A stretch of 52,862 nucleotides of DNA, counting the filler, from Perkinsus olseni (taxonomy: Eukaryota): assembly GCA_013115125.1 (NCBI GenBank). It is 2 parts of 2 records of this genome, joined end to end, with 100 filler letters (N's around TTAATTAATTAA, not from the genome) between each part and the next. Parts side by side here need not be neighbours in the genome. Positions count along the whole stretch, not along the records: positions 1 to 26,401 come from JABANN010000483.1; 1 more part is not named here. The stretch is one strand, 5' to 3'. This document shows positions 12,414-24,350 of the stretch, one piece after another (the stretch's first letter is position 1; each line of letters begins with the position of its first letter). Position numbers and translations under genes: made by a program. Below the pieces are notes generated by a model. It worked only from the letters and a program-made list of their open reading frames with translations. It searched no databases and was not told the origin of the DNA.

Positions 12414-12569
12414 ATGCGCTTCGCTATCCTCATGGTCGCTGCTACCCTCATGGCCACCTTCGGTCTTAAAGTTGATGCCTCCCCGGACAATCTCAAGTTG
12501 GGCGGATGCGATGACTGCCCTTCTGGTTACCACTGTGGCTGCGATATACACGGCTGCCGTTGCCTATGA
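12414..12569 (+). CDS. Secreted six-Cys peptide, type A copy 3 (51 aa)
   Basis: MRFAILMVAATLMATFGLKVDASPDNLKLGGCDDCPSGYHCGCDIHGCRCL*. Confidence 0.85.
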   Translation: MRFAILMVAATLMATFGLKVDASPDNLKLGGCDDCPSGYHCGCDIHGCRCL

Positions 12570-13098
12570 AAGTGTTATTGATCATCTCGGCATCCACCGG
12601 TGATATTTCATAGCCTCCTTATTGATGGACGTGTCTAGAACGTGGAGGCCCCCTTGTTCTCCGAGGGTCTATTTCTACGTGCGGATGGCTGTCTACCACA
12701 CCATTGGGCAGCTCTATTAGACAGCGCTGCTATGATTTCTCCCAGTTGCCCAACTCCTCGCCGAGGGCGGTTCTTAAATGGGGTAGCAATTGAGAAATGC
12801 TGCCTCTACATGTGGTGACATAGCGCTGCTCATTATGTAATATTCACTTGTCTGCAAAGTTTATATCAACACCAATTGTGGTTATTCGTCTGTGTGTTCA
12901 CGCTTTAGATGGTGCGAATGTTTTGCTCGGGCCGAGCTATGTCCGTTAGTCTGTTTTTCACCTTGCCAGTCGAGCCGCGGATGGCCTGGATGAGATTTGA
13001 TCGCGGTGCCCTCCCATGGTCGAAGTCCGACAATTCCGCATTCAACTCTCCTCCTCCATTCAGGATAGTGCTGTGTTCAGTCCACCGATCAGGTCAAT

Positions 13099-13135
13099 GG
13101 AGTTTCACCCGCGATATGTTAAACGCTTGTGTTCA
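13099..13135. mobile_element. Truncated left end of the same MITE family
   Basis: AAT-GGAGTTTCACCCGCGATATGTTAAACGCTTGTGT resembles 7144-7180 at the equivalent position in the third unit; no right TIR seen. Confidence 0.6.
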
Positions 13136-14926
13136 TCATGAGTTTTTGAATACTCCGCGAAAAATGGATCCAGTCTAGCGCGAAACGGGATAATCACTGC
13201 TCCGCGGTTGACACGATCGCCATGCGCAATTCACCATTTTCACGTTTCGGGCGACAGTGCTACGCACTGTCCACGTTTCCTGGGTCTTAGCTCACAACAG
13301 GCGATTTTTTTGAAAGACTATTGGTGTCATTGATTTAGTGATGGCTACATCTCGAGAGTTGCCGGCTCCATAATATAGAGAGACTCTTGAAGAGACTCTT
13401 GAAGAGCCACTCTTCGCCACCCTGGAATGACCAATAGTCACTCACACCGTGAGTCACACGTGTGAGTGCGTATGCACAAGCGTGTGAATCACACGCAAGT
13501 GAATAGCGCCGCTAATAGGGCTAGTCCCCCCTGCCACGTTGATGAAACCATCTGACTCAGAGTTCGAACCTCAGATGATCTGAGGTTTGTCCTGTCGAGT
13601 GCTTGAAGTTTACGGGGTGGTTGGTTGAACCTTCGGCGAGCGTCCAATGTCGGGACGAGTTTGCATCCTCGGAGTGTTGAAGACACGTCGCTGGCAGCGC
13701 CATATGGTGGGATGGCAGCCACTGTGACTTTTCGCGCCAGGCTAATGCAAGTCTTCAGCGGTTGACCTCAGCTTAGCTTAAGCCTTGAGCCTTTGTCGGG
13801 AGTTCAATTGACTGGGTGAACAGAACAGTTCATCCCCAAACCACACCCTAACCGCTCTGGAGGGGGTCTACTTCGTGTGAGACTGCTAACCTTCCGCGGG
13901 CTGAGACAGCCCAGCTGTCACTAACCTACTAGAACTAGTCGGTGGACGGCCAGCAGCCCCGACGTACGGGCCACCGGTCCACGGTTTTACCTACACCCTC
14001 CAGATCAGGCGTCTAACAACAGCGTATGCACTCGTCTTGTCCGGGCTCTGCCACTCTAATCCCTCTCAGCTGGTCACAGCTCTCACGAGTCGTCAAGCAC
14101 GACTAATTCACAGCACGAATAGCTCCGATCGGCAGCGTGACGCTGCGCTCTTCCTATCAGTGTATCTGCGTCGCCGTGGGGTCGTACTCAGCCGCACGCA
14201 TAAGACGATCCTCGCTAGCAGTGAACGTATACGCGAAAACTTTTCGTCGAAAAGAGCTGTGAGCCTGCCGAAAGTGGCAGTTCAACTGCCATCACATTGC
14301 AATCCTCTCCAGGCTAAACTCGTGGGCATCCTACTCGCTGTACAACTCGCCACATGTACGTTCATGCAATCGGCTGCCCTGGTCTATACGGACTGCCTGC
14401 GTGCAATCGACCTGCTAACCTGAGCGTCCTGAGGTCATGGCGCTGGATGTGAACTAACCATAGAAAGCATGAAGCGTGTGCACTTCCGGCCCGGGAGTTC
14501 CGGGGTGTCGCTCGGTCACCGAACGGGCTACTTTTTGAGCTACTACTTATACTATCTGATACGGGACCGGGTCGAACTTCGGTCCGGAGCCGTCCGCTTG
14601 CGACGCGAGATGTCGAGGATTCAGAGTGGCAGTCATTTGTGCCATCTCCAGTGTCGTTACTAATAGCGGCTCATTCAGGCTTATTCAGGGAGGTCGGGTC
14701 ACGAAGACTGGACTGCAGAGCTCTGACCGCATCATTTGATCCCACAGCGGAAAATTAGGGGTTCGCCCACAGTAGTGCCCGACAGGCACAACTTGGATTT
14801 TCCGCCTCTGTTTTGTACGTCGCCCACAATTGAATATTTGCTGTCGAGAGAAAAATACAAAAATATAAATATATATATAAATAGCAGCAGCGTGAGCAAG
14901 CGTCGGAGGATTGGCGACTGGGACGT

Positions 14927-15021
14927 TGACCGCGAGGATGGAGGAAGATGCAGAAGAAGTCGGTCGAAGCCTTAGAGCAGGAAGACGTGATGACTAATTC
15001 ATGTATTGCTCGTTATTAAGG
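14927..15021 (+). repeat. 95-bp identical dispersed repeat (second copy 23578-23672)
   Basis: TGACCGCGAGGATGGAGGAAGATGCAGAAG...GCTCGTTATTAAGG identical at both sites. Confidence 0.9.
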
Positions 15022-15958
15022 CAAGTTCCAATCTGAGACGGCGAGAGTCGTATCGCATCGACGAGAAGCCACGTTACGCAGCCGCAGAGCGCACCTTGAT
15101 GGTCCTGATTCGAGTTTAGCTGCTTATAACGACTAATAGTCGCCGCCTTCTCTTTCCACTGGATACTCTTGTACGCAGCGTCCCGTGAATCGCTAGTTTG
15201 CCCCGTCACGGTTGTTTTCTCTTCTGACCATGTGTTTCTGGTGAAGAGGGGAATCTGCACTGTCTACATAACTCCACTTCCTATCTGCTCTATCTCGTTC
15301 ACTATGATCCCAATCTACTTATGTTGTTTTCTACAACTACACCTACTGCAACGAGATAGTTCATATCGTTATTGGTAAGAGTTTTACTCGTCTCTTGATT
15401 TTTAAATCTTCTCTAAGACTCACTGTCAACGTGGCTCACTCTCGTCATTCGATATTGACAACACGCAGTCTTCCACTAACGCAAGACTTCGAGGAGCCTC
15501 CTCAGGGGAGATAGCGTCGTCTATCCGTATCCGAGGCTAAGGATAGTGGCTTATACGATTATATTTTATTGACATGAAGCCTACCTAGACGAAGTTTATC
15601 TAACGAGATAAAGGGTGTCTTTTGCGCCTTGAGGACACAGAACACTACGCCCGAGTGCACAGCGGGAGGCAACCAACTTCGTGAATGACTGAAATAATAT
15701 TCTCAGTGAGAATGAGACCGTTGTACGGCCGAAAATGGATTAATAGTAATAACATTCATAGCAGAGAGATCCGCTCACCCAGCGTTGAGGTCCCGGGTCA
15801 GCTCGAGCTGTCTTCAGGATTCGCCCAATACCGGACCGGTATTACCGGTATAATACCGGCGGTATCAGGCGAAATCCGTCACAGCAGAATGTGAAAATAA
15901 TACCCCCCCCCGTGTTCGAAAAGCAAAACTGTTTCACACCCCACGAGGTCGCGTATCG

Positions 15959-16780
15959 TTAAACCTTGGTCAGAGGGGTGCGAGCTCCTCCAAGTGGGAC
16001 GTAGATTGTCTTCTTAGTGGCGAAGACCACTTCGTCGGAAGGACCCAAATCTTTGCGGCAAAGATGCCTCACTTGTTGACGGAGATCATCCAAGGTACCC
16101 TGTTGAGTCGACTTCAAAGCATAGTGCTCATAAGGCAGACCGGCGTCACCAGGAACCAGCTTGAAGGCAAATTTGGCGGTGGGAGGTCCGCCACACGCAG
16201 CCTGTATGGCTACGATCTTATCAGGGCGTATCGTGTAACTTTTCTCGGAATATGGAGCATCCTCGTCCTTGAATACATACTTTCCGAGTGTCAGTTTGGC
16301 TGCCACCCTCGTGAACTCTATAACTTCCCTTCGGAACTTGCTTGAGATAGAGTCACCGCTTGTATACGTTAGAACGGTCAAGTCCCCAGGCTGAATACCA
16401 CCATACGGCTCGGGATGATCGTAGTCAATGACGTAGTTCTTCAGCAGTAACCTCTCGATGGACTTGTACCAATCATGAGCACTGGCTCTAGTTCCATCGA
16501 AGTCGATGGCGTAAGTAGAACTCCTTGCCGCGGACAGGGAGTATGGCCCGTGGGTGAACTCCTCACCCGGTCCGACTTCGAAAGTGAAAGTCTATCCGTC
16601 TGGAGACCACGTTCCAGGTCTAGGCGGGACCCAGAAGGTGAATGTAACTTCATGATTCTCGTCCACATCATAGGTTATGCGGTAGTCTCCCGCTCTGTGA
16701 ACAAACTTGCCAACGTCCTGAGCCATAGTGATGAGGAGAGCTTGGAGGGCTACCAGCCAGGTGGGCACGGAAGACATCAT
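15959..16780 (-). pseudogene. Secreted hypothetical protein paralogue 1 with in-frame TAG
   Basis: 274 codons in one frame (MMSSVPTWLVALQALLITMAQDVGKF...GGARTPLTKV*) interrupted only by TAG at 16592-16594; colinear with 20618-21414. Confidence 0.8.
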
Positions 16781-19700
16781 TTGATGAATGGAATGTGCTT
16801 AATACAAGTGTCCGTGGAAGCTGAGATGGAACGTAAACTTGTATGGAGAGGAGCTCTCACAGAAAACGGTAGCAACTGAAGGCGTCAGCTGCAGTTCCAA
16901 CTACGGGACGGGACCCGACACAGCCAAATGAGCGCGGGGTGCAGTCCCATAGCTCGGAGGGCCTATGAAAACCCTCTCTATGGAAGAGCCTACTTTGCCA
17001 AACTTTCCTGATGCATGCGCACATTAGCTACAATCCAGTCCCTTAGGGACCGTCCCTAGCACACGCCTACAACTGTCTATACTAGACTGTCTACCTCTAT
17101 CACCCAGCAGGTACGATCCGGAGCGATCCCATGCACACAAATGCAAATCTCCTTAATGTAGCCGGCCGTTAGTGGCTTGCCTACCTCCTGCCGTTGTCAG
17201 TAGAGACTCATCAGAGACTGACCCCTGCTTACAGCACGCACTGCTTGGCACAGTGCCAATGACACTGCCTGCTCCGACAGGCTCCTTTAAGGTAACTTGG
17301 AGTAGTTCTAAACTCATCTTTGTCATATGTTCTGGTATGTAACATATCGTATGTTGTGGCCCCTTATTTCCTCGATCACAAGCATCGAAGATTGCTTTAC
17401 GATCTTTTGAAGTATGTGCGCAATATTCTACTTGCTCGCTCCGACTGTTACGTGTGTCTCCTTTACTCCACAGCATGTACTGACTGACTACGGCGCCTTC
17501 GCCTTCTATGGTGGCGCGGCCCGAACGCATGAGGTCGGATTTACGCACACAAGGACGCTGTTCAACACTAGGCACAGCGTGACTCAGACTATCTCATCGG
17601 CGTCTTGATAGAGATTATCAGACTGGGTAGAGTTTAAAACTCTGAGTTTTACCATAGATACATATCATCGGACAGGCTTTATGAGTATGAAATATGTCAC
17701 ATATTCCAATGACATGTATGCGGCCTCTTTGACATATTATATGTGTAGGCGGTAGGCGTGTAGGTGAATCTCTCTAGATTATGCTCGGCAAAGAGGCCGC
17801 ATACATGTCATTCAACCGTGAATAATTCACGGTTGAATTCACGGTGAATTCAAGTCTGTTCAACAAACTCCGTGAGATGCGCTACCACTGGTCGTCCACC
17901 AGTGAAAATGACTGCGAGCGGGTTTTTGAGCGGTTACACAACTATGGAACCTCAGCTCGCTCGCTGCAAGCGGATCATCTTATCAGCGGTGCTGATTCAT
18001 CAGCATGATTTGAGAAAGAACCCCAGGATTCCGCTAGCCATATGCCTGTTGAGTACCTAACGATAGACAGCAAGATTAACCGTAATGTTGCAAAGGCTTT
18101 GCCGCAAACTTCGCGGCGCAAATCCGAGGTCGTTCCTGGTTGCCTCGGCGATACTTATCAGACGCTAACACAGGGTTCCAACTTGTGGAACGCTGTAAAC
18201 TTGTAACTTCAACATACACACAACTTGGAATCTCAGGCACAGCGGCCTGCCGCAATTACAGTGTTTGGCGCCTTCATGATGTCACTTCCAAGATTGCCCT
18301 GGATGAAACGAGCATTGAAGAAATAAATCGCACGAAAGTACGTATGTACGAAAATTACTGGAGTCACTCCAGTGGAGTGCAGGCTGGGTAGTGCATCCAA
18401 GTGAGTATGATAACGAGCGATGGTCCGTAATAGCGGGATTGAATGTATCGAATCCAAAGACGCATGCAGTGCATGCCATGCACACACATGCGGAGTGTCC
18501 TCCCGTGGCACCTACGCGGGAGTCCCGCGGCGGGACAGTGATGAATGGAGGACAGAAGTAGAAAACCCCCAAAACCAGAAGAACATGAAGAGTGAGGGCG
18601 CGAATAACTAGGCGGTTGGGAGACTCCCTCCATGCCCAGGCCTCGGCAGTTGCATCCGGATTCTGGATCTCGGATTCGGGTTTCTGGAGGAGTTTCTAGT
18701 TCATCGTTACTGGCTTTGCCCGGAATTCGGGATTTTTCTGTTGCCTTTTCTGACAACCGGTATGTTGAACATTAGTGTGCTATGGTGATAGTGATTCAGT
18801 GCTACGCTCGTCATAGGAGACGATGGCCCATCGTCTCCTATGACTCGTTCCCATCGTCGATGGGAACGGAAGCTGCTAGCGTCCCACGGGAGTGTTTGTA
18901 ACCAGCCAAGCCTGAGGGACTCTGCCTATCTGTGAGGGTTTGTCAAACCCGGTTTGATGATTAAGCTTTAATCAAACTCTTACGCAATGCTGCCCTCTGA
19001 ACCAGAGGCTCTAGTTCAACTTGAACTGTTCAAGACAGACTCCTTTGCAAGGCTTCTTGAGATCTCTGTTGCGACAGACGAACAGTCTTCGCCGCGGCTC
19101 TCTCGTCGAAGTAGGCCAATGAATGGAGCCTCCAGCAATTCTGTTGCAAGAAAGTTTCTCGAGGAAACACAGCATCCTCAGATGATCAGTAACTCAGCAC
19201 TACTGAGTGTCGCTGAGTTTCGAGATCGTGGGGCACGGTCTGTGCCCCCTTCACTTCTACGGCGTGAGTGTGCGTCAAGGCACTGGCCCATTTAGAACGG
19301 ATTCGGATTCATTTTACGGGCGATTTTGATGGGTGAAATGAGATGGATGGAATGGCACCGGATGAAATTATAGTGGACGACTTTACACTGGAACAGATGA
19401 CCACTGGACGAAATTATACTGGATCAGTTGGGTTACCCCGCCCTAAAAGACGATCGTAATCGATCGTTAGAAGTGGGACATATAAGCTAAGCTTCAGTCT
19501 TCGGCGCTCGGCAGGCGCTGTCCACCCGCATGCGCTGAAGACTTCAGGCTGAAGTCACAGGTCACGCAGTTGTAATTGACACAATGTGCCGTTCGGGCCG
19601 TGCGTACACGTCGCTTGGGAGCCTTAGGCTGCCTAAGGATAGCAACAAGGATAGCAACAATAAGGATAGCAACAGACTGTCACTGAGTGGCGCTGAGGTT

Positions 19701-20617
19701 GGGAGCGGATGGTACTGCCGGATACTCGGCCGGTACGGAAGAATATTCATCAAACGCAGGAAGTTTCTTGAAGAAACTTTCTTCGAGAAACACGAAGAAC
19801 GGCGGCGTTGAATTTGAACGGCTGTGCGTAGCTGACAGAAGTGGGTGAACCGGATGAGAAAATCCAACATTAAAATGAAACTAATATCATTTCTCATGTA
19901 TATGCTGCAGCATCACCACAAGGCGAAGAAAAGAAGATGAGAATAGAAATAATCACAGCCGCTTCGTTAGTCATTTCTCGGAAAGACGTAGCTGTCCCGT
20001 CAGACCGAGGCCTCAACTGGGGGTTAGATGGTATTGAAAATTGTAACCCGATATACTCGGCGAGTGTTATGCGGCTAGGTTCATTTCGCCACAGGTAGGA
20101 GCTATCGTGAGCCCGGATTCCAGAGTAGGATGGACCATACAAGACTTGGTCTCAACGTGAGCCACGTTACGTGCCTCTCTAGTCGCGCCCGAGATTTCCT
20201 TCGAGATTGACAACACGCGAGACTTCAAGGAGGGGAAATAGCGTCGTCTCTACGTACCGAGGCCGATGGTAGTGGCCTATACGATTAGACCTTATTGACT
20301 TGAAGCATACCTCAGATGAAGTTCATCTAAGGAGAAACGGGGGGTCTTCTGCGTCCCGAGGACACGTAGCACTTCATTTTTCCACGCGTCATGAATGACT
20401 GACATGTTTTTTTTCGAGAAAAAAGGAGACCGCTGTACGGCCAAAAATGGGTAACAACATCTCTAGCGTAGAGACCCGCTCTTTCAGACCAGCTCGAGTT
20501 GGCAGTAGGGTTCGCCGACAACCGGTACTAGGCAAAATGTGTAATGATAGGGTGAGATAGCGATACCCTCATGTTCAAAAAACGAAACTGTATCATATCA
20601 CTTGAGGGCGCGTATCA

Positions 20618-21414
20618 CTAAGCCTTGGTCAGAGGGGTGCGAGCTCCTCCAAGTGGGATGTAGATTGTCTTCTCAGTGGCGAAGACCACTTCGCTGGAAG
20701 GACTCAAATCTTTGCGGCAAAGATGCCGCACTTGTTGACGGAGATCATCCAAGGTACCCTGTCCAATAGGCTTCAAAGCATAATGCTTATAAGGCGGACC
20801 CGTCTTATCGGGAACGAGCTTGAAGGCGAACTTGGCGGTGGGAGGCCCGCCGCATATAGCCTGCGTGGTCACGACCCAATCAGAGCGTATCTTGTAACTA
20901 ATCTTGAAATATGGAATTAATGGAATTCGAAGACATAATTGCCCAGTGTCACTCCAGCTGCCACCCTCTTGAACTCGATCTTTGCATTCTGGAAGTTGGT
21001 CGAGATAGAGTCGCCGCTTTGATAGGTTAGAACCGTAAGATCCCAATCTTGGCTAGGATCAGAGGGGTAGACCTCGTCATGATCCATTAGTCCCGTGTTC
21101 CTCAAGAAGCGGTCGAGCTCCACGCGCCAGTGAAGCGCGTCCGTCCCAGCCTCATCGAAGTCGAGGGAGTAAGTGAAACCAGTAGCACTTCGTAGAGGGT
21201 ACGGACCAAGGGAAAGATAGACACCGACAGGTATGTCGCCTCTACGTAGCGGAGGCTCAGGCACATGGACCGTGAAGGTAACTTCCTGGTCCTCATTCAC
21301 ATCGTAAGTCATGCTGAACAGAGGTCCCTCGTAGACGAATTTACCAACGTCCTGAGCCGTCGTGATGAGGATAGCCTGAGCGACTAACAGCCAAGTCGAC
21401 GCGAAAGGCATCAT
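20618..21414 (-). pseudogene. Secreted hypothetical protein paralogue 2 with frameshift
   Basis: ORFs 20917..21414 and 20618..21046 supply the N- and C-terminal halves homologous to 15959-16780; net 1-nt loss near 20911-20927. Confidence 0.8.
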
Positions 21415-24350
21415 GTTGTGACTAGGATGGGCTCACTAGAAACTAACGTCGAGGCTGAAATACGGCAGACTTATATTGGGAAGAGGTAACATTGAAATTC
21501 TCATTGTGGAAGCCTGCATCCCGAATTGCTCAGCTTGGTGATCACAGGGTGAGTAGATGACGGTAACAACTCAAGTTAGGAAGTACAGTTGCCTTTACGG
21601 GATACGACTCAACTCAGCCAAACGAGTGCTGGGTGCAGTCCAATCATGAAATCTCTCCAATGAAGAACTCACTTTGCCGAGCGATCTTGACGCGTACACA
21701 TATTCGCTATACATGTACTATACATGTACTCGTATACATATATGTACTCGAAGCTTGAGCGGCGCTCGTCTACATCTGTCTACACTAGACAGTCTACCTC
21801 GATCAGCCGCTGATAGAAGGAGACTGTCTTGTGCTGCTGATCATCAGCGAGCAGAACAGGTCCGGCTCTTCGCCTTTCGTTCTGCAGAAATACAGATGTC
21901 CTCACCATATCCATTCGTTAGTGAGCCAACTATGTCCCACGTCATCAGTGGCGACTTCTCACTACGTCGCCTTGCCTGCTTTCGAGTCTGACAGATATGA
22001 TGATGGGCGGAATCACATCTCAGCCAGGCGATCCACTGTCTTCTTCTTGCCGGGAGCGTTCGCCCGCTCGTCAAGTGTATCTCGAGTAGTACTCCATCCG
22101 CACTGTCTGTTCTTCCTAACATGTTGATCACCAGAACTAGGGATTACATGCCACTTTTTGAGTCCGCGCTCAATTCTTATTACCTCCTTCGGGCCAGCGC
22201 CTAATGGGTGTCCCTTGTACGGTACAAGTTGTACCTCGACAGGCTTCACCCGGCTGAGCCGGATCCATCGGCCCGGCTCCATCGGCCCGGCTCCTTCGTC
22301 CGTTGGTTTGAACGCGAGTGCGAGGCGGTTTCAGCGCTAGTAACACTTTCAACTTGCTAGTGTTGTGACCCCATGGTTGGTAAACTCGACCTGGTAAACG
22401 TAGACTTGAAAACCTTATTATCAGTCTGCTTATGATCACAAACGCAGCGATATGTAGCTCAGCGTAACACAATTAATGGAGACAATATCCACAGACAAGA
22501 TCGCACAATTGGAGACATAACACTGTTGAGGAGAGACTTACGTGCTCGGTACACGATGTACCACTCGCAGTACCATGATTCCTGGTACTGGAACTTCCTG
22601 GTCCAGGAAGGCGTTGATTATGTCGTTCTATTGCATATTGGAATGCCCTATGAATATTCGTGTTTCTACCGTGGAAACACCGTAGAAATTCTTCGTCGCT
22701 GACCTGCTAATCCTCAATGAGGATTCCTCATCGTGTTGGGCGGTTTCAGCGCGTTATGTCCTCGTACGAGGAATTCCTTGATAGGAGAGGGTCACTTCAG
22801 GAGTAGCGATTATATTCAGCCCCAGACTCTGGGGCCCAGAGCCAGGTTACCAAATTCCATGGCGTGATTAGCTGACTCCGAAGTAGCTCAGCTTCAGAAA
22901 AATCTATCGCACAGCCAGTCGTACGTATGAAAGCATCTGCACTGTCTACATAACACATTCGTGCTGTGCTTTTAGTAAAAGCTTTATACTAGCTTTGCAT
23001 TATCAATCCATTCCCTCTGAGAGAATCTCTCAACTCCCCCACTTCCTCTCTGCTCTATCTCGCTAACTATGAGCCCAATTTACTTATGTTGTGTTCTACA
23101 ACGACTGCCAAGAGATAGTGCAACGTACCAGATCCTTGTTTTTTCAAGAAGGTGCCCGTGCACTTGGTGAAGTTCACCGAGTACAAGGCGAAGTGTTGTT
23201 GGTATGCGGTTTAATGAAGGACCGATCTAACCCTACTTGGAGTTCATTAACGTCTTACAATCTGTGATTCGTGGTCTTCTCACTCCATCATGTGCGAAAT
23301 CAGCTATGAGGAAGTCAGGTTTGTTACTCGTCCATAGTAGGCGTAAGTTGTCGTTAGTCCTAAGGACTAGGGTTGTCGCGCGTCCTTTTCTTTGATTCTC
23401 GGTTTAGAATTCCATCGCATCGACACGAATGACTGCCTCAATGATGAATCACCTAGCGAAGCCCAGTAACTGGGCCCCAGTTCCGACCAGCATTATGCAG
23501 CGGCTATGTTCATCGAGACGGCGAGAGGGACAACCTCCCCTCCTGTCCGCTCCCGGCGCAGGCTCGAGCGGTCACCGTGACCGCGAGGATGGAGGAAGAT
23601 GCAGAAGAAGTCGGTCGAAGCCTTAGAGCAGGAAGACGTGATGACTAATTCATGTATTGCTCGTTATTAAGGAACGTTTCAATCGATTATACACGTGCCT
23701 CGATTATATACCTAGATCAACAGCCTGTTGACAACAGGACCTCCGAAGTGGTACGGCACGCCTGTGGACTTCGCACGCCCAGTCTGAGCTCTGATCGTTC
23801 TATGGGCAGATCGTTCTTCTGCCAGGGTCACCTACCAAAAGTCACTATGGCCGGATCACACTGGTGTTTCCGGCTCGAAATCTCGAAAGGAACTGCACTG
23901 TAACTCGGGAAAGTGTGGGTATTTGAGACGGGGTTCAAAGAAAGGGAAGAACCTGGACTCGAGGGGAGTTGAACGATAATGACTCATCAATAATAGATTC
24001 TACAGCGTAATCTAGCCTAGCGTAAGTTCTAGCCTAGAAAGCACACTCATGCACGCGGATGCAAGGCGCAGAATGATGCATGATACGAGTAGTTAGTAAG
24101 CAGTAGAGATCATTGTCACTATAGTGCACATCCTGGACCCTCCTTAGGCGGGAACATACACGGGTGACGCGTGTACCTCCATGAGCACCAATTTGTCTCC
24201 ACCACGCGAGACTGTCTCCCTTCTATGGGTGTGACGTGACGTCCACGTCATCGCCGATGACCTGCTGTTCATTGCTCCGTTTTTCACTGATGACAACATT
24301 CCTCCTCTCGCAGTTTTTACGACACTTTATATTTCCGTTTTCTAACACTC

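Larger units (their letters stand above)
1640..13140 (+). repeat. Tandem segmental duplication, ~2.3 copies of a 4.4-6 kb unit carrying peptide genes A and B
   Basis: Colinear homologous blocks such as 1650-1750/6150-6250/11985-12095, 2240-2725/6655-7145/12590-13090, 2810-3610/7740-8850, 4330-4465/11320-11500, 5260-5720/11503-11930. Confidence 0.9.
15420..21805 (+). repeat. Direct duplication ~15420-17105 / ~20145-21805
   Basis: Shared gene plus flanks, e.g. ATAGCGTCGTCT, ATTGACAACACGC, CTGTCTAYACTAGACWGTCTACCTC in both copies. Confidence 0.85.

Noticed and set aside
2062-12569. Bacterial double-glycine-leader bacteriocin or RiPP cluster
   Set aside because: GG precedes the core, but leaders are hydrophobic signal-type, one copy has GD, and no peptidase ABC transporter or modifying enzyme is present.
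16592-16594. TAG reassignment or programmed readthrough
   Set aside because: TAG is the normal terminator of the subtilisin gene; a single nonsense mutation or error is simpler.
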